In this document: positions 55,157 through 64,000 of the stretch, one piece after another
Numbering within the stretch: the first letter of the stretch is position 1
Layout of the letters: each line of letters opens with the position of its first letter
Origin: Utricularia gibba
Taxonomy: Eukaryota > Plantae > Magnoliophyta
Reading direction: 5' to 3'
NCBI GenBank assembly: GCA_002189035.1
Contig: NEEC01000004.1
Span: forward strand, 1,612,001-1,676,000
DNA length: 64,000 nucleotides
Position numbers and translations under genes: made by a program
The notes under the pieces: generated by a model
What the model was told of the DNA's origin: nothing
What the model saw: the letters and a program-made list of their open reading frames with translations, nothing else
Database searches by the model: none

Positions 55157-57118
55157 ATGTTCTGTGTCTTGTGGGCATGTAAAAGTAGAATTTTTTTTGG
55201 TGGGGGTGTTCGTTTTGTGGCGCAGATAGCACGCCCTGTTGCTGAGGATATAATCTTCAATTCTGTTTGTGTGAACTTAAGACAAAGGAAATGGAAGTTG
55301 TTATCCCGGCTGGTACCGGTTTTCACGAGTTCGTTGCTTTCTGGGGTGTTTCTGGAGTTCAGGAACTGCCCACGTCTGCTTTTGGAGTTCTACAACATGA
55401 TTGGAGGGAGCAAAGCAATTTTGGGTTCCTTGGAATCGTGTTGTGTTGTGATTCATGTAATGGTGGATCAAAAGAGGCATGACAGTGCTGTGTGTTTGAT
55501 GAAAGAAGTGATTTTAACACAGGGCTATTTGGCTTCCGAGATTTCTGAAGCCTTAATGTTTACCTCGAGCACGTATTTCCGGAGAAGCATGGCTTTTTAT
55601 GTGCTGATAAAGGCTTTCACAGAGATTGGGGCAACTGAAGAAGCACATGAGGTGATCAAGAAAATGATTCAAGAGAGGATTTGGGTTCCAATTCGTGCAA
55701 TGAACAACTTTCTAAGCCATCTTCTGAAGATAGGTGAGTTTGGCAAGTTTTGGCTGATTCATAGAGAATTGAATTCATTTCAGTGTTACGAAAATGTGAA
55801 TACATATAATCTGCTGGTGCATGCTCTTTGCAAGGAATGTAAATTATCTGAAGCCTTTTCTATCTTTTACAAAATGTTGAAGAAGGGGATTGTCCCAAAT
55901 GTTGTTGGATTCAACATGCTTATAGATGGGGCTTGTAGAGCTAATGACCTCATTTTGGCAGAGAAGCTCGTTCAGAAGATGCAAACAGTGTCATGGGGCT
56001 TGGTTTTTCCTAATGTAGTTAGTTACAATTGTCTTATTAATGGTTATTGTAAGAGAGGCAAGCTAGAAATTGCAGAAAAGCTTCTTGATATAATGGCGAT
56101 GAATGGTGTGAAGCCAAATCTACGGACATATGCCACGTTACTTGACGGGTATTCAAGGAATGGATATCTAGAAAAGGCATTCAGTTTGTGCAACAACATG
56201 ATAGAAATTGGTATGGTTCTGAATTCAGCTGTTTATAACTCATTCGTACATTTCCTATACATGGAAGGAGATATTTCTGCAGCTTCACTGATTCTCTCTG
56301 ATATGATGGAGAAAAGTATATCTCCAGACAAATTCACATATTCCAGTATTATGAAAGGATTATGCAAGAGGGGACTCATCAATAAGGCTTTCAAGTTTCA
56401 TAAATGGATAAGAGAAACGAACACTGCCAAAGATACATTCGATTACAATATTCTCATCGATCATCTGTGTCGAAATAACTGCATATCAGGTGCCAAGCAA
56501 CTTGTTTGCAGCATGATTACTCATGGCCTGGTTCCAGACCAAGTCACCTATGGTTCCATGATCAATGCGTTCTGCAAATCAGGTGAACTCGAAGGTGCGT
56601 TGAAGGTTTATATGGATATGGTGAAAGCCAACAAGGAGCCGAATTTGGTAATATACAACTCCATTTTGGATGGTTTCTGCAGAGCAAACTCACTGGATCT
56701 CTCAGATGCCCTTGCAGAAGAAATGAAACAGAGAAAAACATATGATATAATCAGCTGCAACAGTCTGCTGAACGGCTACTGCAATGCTGGAAAGACAGCA
56801 AAGGCATTTGACTTGCTTACAAGCATGACAAAAGCTAGACTCCCCATGAACACAGTTACTTACAACACTGTGATCAGCTTCCTATGCAAGAATCAGTTGT
56901 TTGAACATGCCAAGGAACTCGTGGGAGTGATGCGGCTTCGAGGTGCAGATCCGGATCCCATAACTCACACCACTATTCTGAGGAGCATGAGCAAATGTTG
57001 TAGCGCTGAGGTGGTGGTCCAGATGCATGATCATCTGTTGCTTCTGGGAGTGCCTGCAGACAAGGAGACGTATGAAACCATTGTTTGCCCCATGATAGCA
57101 GGAGCATGTGAAGGATGA
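55157..57118 (+). CDS. P-class PPR protein (At1g11710-like, probably mitochondrial)
   Basis: Single-exon ~650-aa ORF (first ATG at 55157) with many PPR repeats (ENVNTYNLLVHALCKE, PNVVGFNMLIDGACR, PNVVSYNCLINGYCK) and a C-terminal VVQMHDHLLLLGV. Confidence 0.92.
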   Translation: MFCVLWACKSRIFFGGGVRFVAQIARPVAEDIIFNSVCVNLRQRKWKLLSRLVPVFTSSLLSGVFLEFRNCPRLLLEFYNMIGGSKAILGSLESCCVVIHVMVDQKRHDSAVCLMKEVILTQGYLASEISEALMFTSSTYFRRSMAFYVLIKAFTEIGATEEAHEVIKKMIQERIWVPIRAMNNFLSHLLKIGEFGKFWLIHRELNSFQCYENVNTYNLLVHALCKECKLSEAFSIFYKMLKKGIVPNVVGFNMLIDGACRANDLILAEKLVQKMQTVSWGLVFPNVVSYNCLINGYCKRGKLEIAEKLLDIMAMNGVKPNLRTYATLLDGYSRNGYLEKAFSLCNNMIEIGMVLNSAVYNSFVHFLYMEGDISAASLILSDMMEKSISPDKFTYSSIMKGLCKRGLINKAFKFHKWIRETNTAKDTFDYNILIDHLCRNNCISGAKQLVCSMITHGLVPDQVTYGSMINAFCKSGELEGALKVYMDMVKANKEPNLVIYNSILDGFCRANSLDLSDALAEEMKQRKTYDIISCNSLLNGYCNAGKTAKAFDLLTSMTKARLPMNTVTYNTVISFLCKNQLFEHAKELVGVMRLRGADPDPITHTTILRSMSKCCSAEVVVQMHDHLLLLGVPADKETYETIVCPMIAGACEG

Positions 57119-58010
57119 AATACCTTGTATTTGTACACGACATTGTAGGCTAGAGGCATTGCATTGGCCCATAAATTAATCTTTTCATGAATAGATAGTA
57201 TGGGTTTTGTATTTTTAATTTGTAATTGTGTTTATATTCATAGAATTAATTTTGTATAATAATATACAACTATATTATAAAATTTAATAAAATACATTTT
57301 AATATATAATTAATATTATAATATAAATATATTGTTAAAATAGAAAAAAAATGAATATTATAATTTTTTTAATTATTCTCTTATTTAATCATTAAAATAA
57401 GATTCAATAAATTTAATAATTTATAAAGTTAATAAATAATATGAATTTCTAATTTTATTATACACCCGGTAAATATTAGAATTTTTACTTAATTTACAGA
57501 ATATATCTTATATACCTTTTGTGAATTAATCTCCCTACATAAAAAAAAGATCATTAAAAAAACTAAACAAACTTAATCCTTTTTTCCAGTCATTTGGTAG
57601 TATTTTCTTTGTATGCAAAATTAGAGTATTAATTTTAATACCTTTATAAATAATATATCAAATAATCCCATGCCCATAGTGGCGTTGCCATCAAAAGTTA
57701 ATTGTATTCATGTTTTAAAATCGAAATGAATTCATTTTCTAATTTAATTATGATTTTGGGTTAAGTACTTTTTATAATAGATTTAAGTGTGTTTAACTCA
57801 CTGTAAAAATAACTATTATTATATAAATTGAATAATTCTATATTTCAATTTTTTAATTTTTAATAAAAATTATTGAATAAAATCTAAAAAAAGTACACAT
57901 TCACATTGAATTGAATCAATACATAGTTCCATTTCAAATTTTAAATACTGACGCTATCCGTTAATTTTTTTAGAATTCTATGTTTTTTTGGAAAAAAAAA
58001 AGAATGTATC

Positions 58011-58079
58011 GTACAAGTCGATGCAGTACGAACCGGGTTCACGGGTACGATCTAGTACGAAGCGGGTTCATTGGTACGA
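58011..58079. repeat. 29-bp direct repeat containing five GTAC cores
   Basis: agtacgaaccgggttcacgggtacga (58025-58050) vs agtacgaagcgggttcattggtacga (58054-58079). GTAC at 58011, 58026, 58045, 58055 and 58074. Confidence 0.75.
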
Positions 58080-59507
58080 ATCTACGATCCGTTTTGTGAA
58101 ACAATGCGCCTTGTTCGTTCGTTCCTGATGCATATCAAATCCTGAAAATCTGTGCATTCCCATTCCCAACCTTCAAAAAAAAAAAAAAAAAAAGAAAGAA
58201 GAGGTTCGAGCCACATGGAAACGACGTCTTAAAGGCAATTGTTCGAATCCCACTGCCTGTACAAAAAGGAGTAGATCCGAATCTGCTGAAGTGGTTGTCT
58301 TACCCAAATATCTACCGCGCTGTTGTTCTTATGTCACCCTAAAATATCTTATTCCAAACAACACACTTTGAAATAACACAAAAATAAGATGATAATGTAA
58401 TTAACATGAGATATGAATATGAATAATTAAAGTATATTATAGAAGTAGCGTTATCAAAAGAATATGAAAATAAGTTCATGTAATATACTCTAGATTATTT
58501 GATAATAAAAATATTAAATGATTTAAACAAGATGAATGTTTATTATTGAAATTATTAGAAAATATATTATTTATAACCTATAAATGGTTATGAATGAATA
58601 ATAGTAATATATTTGGTGGTTTAAATTTCAAATTGATATGATTTGATGATTTATACAATTAATATTTTGAATAATTGTACAAAAGAAATATCATTTTACT
58701 TTTATAATTAGGATTAGATATTTTAATAAAGAAATCTATATTTTCAAATATTTTGTGATTCCATGAAACTAGTTATAATATCTCATATTGGTTACAGATG
58801 TAAGAACAAATGTATTTAAATAGAATAATCTTTCTAATTTTGTATGATGTTTTTTAATTGAAAGATAAAAATATAAAATTGTGATGATTGGATATTTAAA
58901 GCGTGTAATCTCGTACAAGGGTATGATGAATTTGATAATAAAAAAATAATTCACATCGGGTATGAAAGTAAAATTCAATTGGATCCTACGAAATTCCTTG
59001 GAATTTTATGTACGTTGTGGTTATAAAGGTTAGGAGCGTAACTTTATGTGATTTTCAGTTGGGTGAGTGGGTGGATGGATAAGGTTGATGGGCAAGCTGT
59101 CACGTACCACTTCTCAAAGTAAAAGAGGAAAAGGAAAAAGAAGCATAGGGTAAGTAAATTTTCGTGTACTTGGTTGCAGGAAGTAGTTGATACGATTCAG
59201 AAAACCCTATTTCAAGAAAGACACACAAACTCTGCAATCATTAACAAATGGCTTCTCCCCTCTGAGAAGAGGAAAGGGAGCAAGGAAGAGACGGGGAGAC
59301 CTATAACAAGCACATTTTGCTTTGTCTTCTTCCAACCATTTAAAGAAATCTTCCTCTTCTTCTTCTTCCTCCTGTGCCTGTTTTGCTTCTGGATATTCTT
59401 CTAGAATCTCAATTGACTTGTCGTGTTTAGTTTTCCCCCTCCTCTGAGACGGGTCTTTATTTTGACGCCAAGAGGAATTGGGAAGCCAGCCGTGTATCTT
59501 TCTCGGG

Positions 59508-59972
59508 ATGGAGCGGTTCAGTCGGAGAGGGGCTGCGGCAATGGGCGGCGTACCGGAGGAGTTTCAGGAGGAGGAAATGTGGGATGTGAACATGGTTTCA
59601 ACGCAGACGCATGTTCCAAGGAAGAATGCTTCCTCTCCCTCGGTTCCCGTCAGGAAAACCTCGACTTCCTCGATGGCGATTCCGACGCCCCGTCGATGCG
59701 CGGCGGCGAGGTATGCGTCGGCGCCGGTGGATGTGCCGGACTGGTCCAAGATTTTGAAGCAGGAGAAGCAGAGGAAGAGCGGATGGGATGATGCGTGTGA
59801 CGTGAGCGATGATGACGACATGGTAATGGCTCCCCCACACGAGTACTTGGCGAGGAGGAGAAGCGAAGAGGCTTCCTTTTCGATGTGCGAAGGAGTTGGG
59901 AGAACTCTCAAGGGAAGAGACCTTCGGAAACTGAGGAATACCATCCTTGCCAGAACCGGCTTCCTTGAATGA
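59508..59972 (+). CDS. Senescence regulator S40 (DUF584) family protein, second paralogue
   Basis: EEFQEEEMW, SAPVDVPDWSKILK, PPHEYLARR and SMCEGVGRTLKGRDLRKLRNTILARTGFLE*. Confidence 0.93.
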   Translation: MERFSRRGAAAMGGVPEEFQEEEMWDVNMVSTQTHVPRKNASSPSVPVRKTSTSSMAIPTPRRCAAARYASAPVDVPDWSKILKQEKQRKSGWDDACDVSDDDDMVMAPPHEYLARRRSEEASFSMCEGVGRTLKGRDLRKLRNTILARTGFLE

Positions 59973-62443
59973 CGTCACACCCACATCACCATCATCATAC
60001 GTGGCGTCATGACCATGAACCATCCCAGAAAGCTCTGCTTATCCACTTAAGCAGATTAGACTTGAGAATCCTGAGAATGTGTAGTTCTTTTTGGCTGTCA
60101 AGCCCAAAACGAATTTCTCTACTGTTGACTGCGGCTCATCTTTAACTTTCCACCCCACCAGCTCAAATTCTAACGATTGGATTGTATACTTAAAACTTAA
60201 GTACATAAAAAACATTGATTAAATTAGAAAATATTAAATTTAATTAATTATTAGTGATTTATAATTTTTTTATATAATAATTATTTTATTGTCAAGTTAG
60301 AATTGTTTATTATGATATGCTAACTAATTTTTTATTCAATTAAATCTTTTTTTATATATGATTATACCATGTTAAAATTATGGATATGATGAGTCTAGTA
60401 AACATATATGAAATTTACTTACATAAAAAATATGTATTACAATAGAAAGTATTAAATTCAAATAATTAATATTAATTTTTAATTTCTTATATATTTAACT
60501 ATTTCAATATCAAATTACGATGTATGATTGTTTATTTTAATAAACTATTCAAAACACGACATAAACTGAACCCACAGCCACAAGCTTCCACTCTCTAAAC
60601 TTTAACACGCTATGCTATGGCATAATAGTGACGATATCATGAATTGACTGTAACCCAAGTCATCAATTTTATGACTGCATTTACCCTTCCTTCCACTGAT
60701 GTTGCGGTGGAGGGGAATGTGGATGACTGGTGCGGGGTGGACCCCGGGGGAGAATATTTGGCCATGGCATGAGTTACGTGGTGGCCTTATCTCCTTTGTC
60801 TGGAACTGATCAGCCGTGTCTGCGTGAGGACAGGCCAAGAACTTAGAGCGGACAAGGGATGATGTCCATTTCATGGGACTGATGATGGCTACGTAACTAA
60901 TAACTTAAGAGACTTTCCTGTTTTCATTTTGCGTGTCACGCGATATAATATAAGGTTTAACAAACATTACTTGGACACGAACAAGTAGATTTGGACGTCC
61001 TTCTTTTCTAAAGGACAAGAGATGACGTCATAGTGTTGAAATTTGATTGGATCCCCACTTCCCTTTTTCTCAAAAGAAACAAAAAAGCGGTTGTGAGGGA
61101 GTATTTAATTCACACATCGTTACAAAATATTGAGTTCTCACGTCACACAAACCATGTGAGTTGAGTTATTGCCGTAGACCACTTTCGTGGCTTATATCTC
61201 CTCCCTCTTGTCTATGCACCAACTGTAAAAAAGTTAAAAGAACTAGAATTTTATGTCTTGTCTGAAACTGTGGATGCTTTTTTTTTTTTTTTTTCCATTT
61301 GATTCCAAGTATATGTATCAGCATCTTGTTTCCAAGATGGACGGTTGCTGGACCCTTGCTCGTGATCCAATGGCCCTTGGGCTCAATACTACGGAATATG
61401 CAGAAAATCAGCAAGAATGACACCAATGTCTCCAAACACCCAAATTTGAATTGGAGGAACGGGAATGCACTGAATCATCACCATGGCAAGCTTCAAGCTT
61501 CTGGTAGGATTAGGAGAAGAGCATGGTGTTTATCAGTAGGTTTCTAGGGTTTATCATCAGCTCTTTTGCTGTTCATGTGACCGGACCAGATCACATGGGA
61601 ACACTCCTTTTGTCGAGTGCTGATGAATGTATAGTCAAGTTTAATTCAAAGGTGCAGACTGGACAGAAAAAGTGACTGTGGCAACTGCGATGGACAATCT
61701 GCAAACCATCAAAACTGAATGAGGATTACTTGTTCTTCTTTCATTGTCCAAAAAAGCAACTGAACTTAGCTGAGAAACATGAAAGCTAGGGAAAGGAAGG
61801 GAGGATGGTGTGTCAACCAGATCTCATTAATGCTGATGCCCCTCTTCCAACCACCCTTCTTCAACGCACACCTACCCTCATTATCTCTTTTTTTTTTCCC
61901 AATATTTAATGCGTATGATGTACCATTGAAAACATAATCGAATTCCAATGTGGAAACACAATATTTACCCTAGAATCAAAGGAATGCAATGGATGTAACC
62001 TACTCCACCAACCAATACTCGTAGATGGTAGACATGATCTTTGTTCTAGTGTTTCACACCAAGCGCTGTAGCACAAGAGGGATGCGGAAGAAGACCTTGA
62101 ATTCACATTTCACCCGATTTTTCTTTCTTTCCCTAGCATGCCATCCACCCTCTAGACTACTTTCTTCCCATTGCAATTTGGCCAACCTCTCAAATGACAA
62201 TACAACCAGATTTGTAAGGTCGCTGTGTAAGTAACCAATCTTTCACCTTCACCTACACTGGAATACTCCTTACCTGGTTCTGGGCGTATGAAAAAAAACC
62301 TCAAGATCAAACAAAACCCTAGAAAAAGCTCAAGTTGTTATCTAATCCACAACAAATCTTCATCCATAGGAAGGTATCTGCACAATCAAGCGGCACAATC
62401 AGGTCATCCGATACAACACACAAGAAATGTAAAGAGGGAGATG

Positions 62444-62541
62444 GAAGAACGTGATATTGGCACGGCTCAATCAAAGAACCAAGCTCTTGTTCAACAGGGA
62501 GCAAAGGCTTTCTAATTGAACCGCACCAATATCCCGTTTTC
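62444..62541 (-). ncRNA. MIR171: pre-miR171 hairpin (mature UGAUUGAGCCGUGCCAAUAUC at 62473-62453)
   Basis: Exact canonical miR171 21-mer on the minus strand. The complementary star arm GGATATTGGTGCGGTTCAATTAG lies at 62534-62512 and the basal stem aacg/cgtt closes the fold-back. Confidence 0.96.
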
Positions 62542-62661
62542 TGATAGCAAAACCCCTCAAGAACAACTATTACCTGACCTTCACAGAAATCTGCAAGGAG
62601 TGGCCTTCTTTCATGGGAGTTGAAAGAAACAAGCAGCAACTAACTGGTACCAGTAATAGCG

Positions 62662-62671
62662 TTTATAAATA
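62662..62671 (-). promoter_or_regulatory. TATA box of pri-MIR171
   Basis: The minus strand reads TATTTATAAA about 120 nt upstream of the hairpin. Confidence 0.6.
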
Positions 62672-63129
62672 GGCGGCACTTGCGCTGTAGATTTGATGAG
62701 TGGAACTCCCCGTGTCTTAATTGGAGAAGAACCAGCAATTGGGAAAAAAAACAAAGGTGGATGGTGAGGCTTTTCGATTAGGGTTTAGGTGAAATCGTGT
62801 GTTCCATGTTGTGTGAAATAGTTTTTATTTTTATAAAAATATTTTAAAAATAATTTATTTAATAAATACGAGTAATTTTTACTCTAAAAATCAAAATAGT
62901 CTAAAAATTCATCTTGTTTTTAAAAATTCAACTATTATTTTATAGAATTAGTAACGTGGTCAGTTATTTCATTTGGATGGAATTTTAAATATAATTTTAT
63001 ATTCATAAAATGGGGGGTGACAACAAAAAGGTGAGCATATTTAGTGTAAAGCAATGTGACAACGAAAAGGATCGCTGTACCAAATCTGCACGTTTATTAC
63101 TTGCATTCATGTGGTCGGCAAAAAGACCA

Positions 63130-63578
63130 TGCCGTCATAAATGCGTAGCCCATCCGCCTCTGAAATTTCGGTCCCGGTAGCTCCCCTCGAGTGCCGTTTC
63201 TTGATTTCTCGGAATTTATGAAGGATGCTGCCACTTCGCACTGTTTCCCATACACGATCTCGGCGACTTGTTTCGTCGCGACCAGCACTTGACTGTTGAG
63301 GTGAAATCTGGTGCCCATTCTAGGTAGTAAACATTTGCAGGCGCCCTGTTTTGTCGTTTCTTTTGTGAGGTGGAAAGAATCCTTTGCATGTCCGCACGCT
63401 AGATAGATATCGATTTCTGTACTTTGCGTGTGCGTTTTCGCTTCTAATTGGGTGTGGGGGCTTGGTGAATTTTGTGGTTCTAATGTTTTGCTTCTTCCGC
63501 CGCCTGAAACTTACAGCGGAAGATAAAAAATTGAATCTTGACATGCCCAAGGTTCCCTTCAAACTCCATCACCTCTGG
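63130..63578 (+). other. Possible 5' end of a plus-strand gene running off the right edge
   Basis: Donor ctag|gtagt near 63323, U-rich intron ending cttacag near 63515, and an exon containing ATG CCC AAG GTT (MPKVPFKLHHLW) followed by |gtaggg. Product not recognised. Confidence 0.25.
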
Positions 63579-64000
63579 GTAGGGTTCCGTTTTTTAGTAA
63601 TTTTCGATCTTATGCTTGTTAACGCTGTTCCCTTCATCCTGCAATGAATTGGCTTTCACTTTTAGACGTTTCTTGTGTGATAGTCCCCATTTTCACGGGT
63701 GTCTCTGAGCTTAAGGGAGTAAGTGGTAGCTTCAATTTGTGATTCGGATATGCATGTGTTGTATTTTCTAATCAAGTTTAAGTATGGTGTATCCTGTGCT
63801 AGTCTTCTTTTTGCATATGCATCTGAGATTAGGGGTTCCGTAATTTGTGATTTGTGCTCCATTTTGTGATTTGGACCCGTGTGTTCATTTTAACCTTGAG
63901 ACTTTAATGCTGTAGTTGCATCCAAAGTTCTTTAGCGTGTACTGGAATTGAAAATACGTGCGTTGAACTAACTTTCAATGCTGATCTTCTAAAGAAACAT

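Noticed and set aside
58203-58262. tRNA T-loop/B-box-like strings GGTTCGAGCC and GTTCGAATCCC
   Set aside because: The T-stem does not pair, and there is no cloverleaf or A-box.
61621-61718. Box C/D snoRNA candidate (TGATGA ... CTGA)
   Set aside because: Imperfect C box, no terminal stem, only about 9 nt of possible 18S complementarity, and it is on the strand opposite pri-MIR171.
62259-62268. TGGAATACTC matching part of a miR828/TAS4 site
   Set aside because: Only 10 nt match and the rest of the site is absent.

Overview
Gene-dense plant (angiosperm, probably eudicot) nuclear DNA with about 20 protein-coding loci separated by AT-rich spacers carrying MITE-like remnants. In order: PAA2/HMA8 chloroplast Cu-ATPase (5' part, runs off the left edge), a GT-2-type trihelix-related gene with no visible DNA-binding domain, CKX7, a PLAC8 protein, an STP1-like hexose transporter, a PLS-E PPR, a degenerate SYP12-like syntaxin, a PIG3-like quinone oxidoreductase, an AIRP2-like RING E3, SufB/ABCI8 head-to-head with MED21, a BAP31-like fragment, a MAKR-like gene, two tandem DUF247 genes, cardiolipin synthase, two S40/DUF584 genes flanking a P-class PPR, and a clear MIR171 locus. 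Six genes carry 13 frameshifts, each repairable by adding one base at a short G or C run. This is most likely long-read homopolymer error, not pseudogenisation. Best leads: a 167-bp tandem repeat with miR156-like motifs and an internal fold-back, MIR171 with a candidate miPEP and splice sites around the hairpin, the trihelix-less GT-2 gene, the degenerate syntaxin, the DUF247 pair, and a partial exon duplication in PAA2. Exon structures were read by hand. Family names and Arabidopsis IDs come from memory of the proteins, not from a database search.
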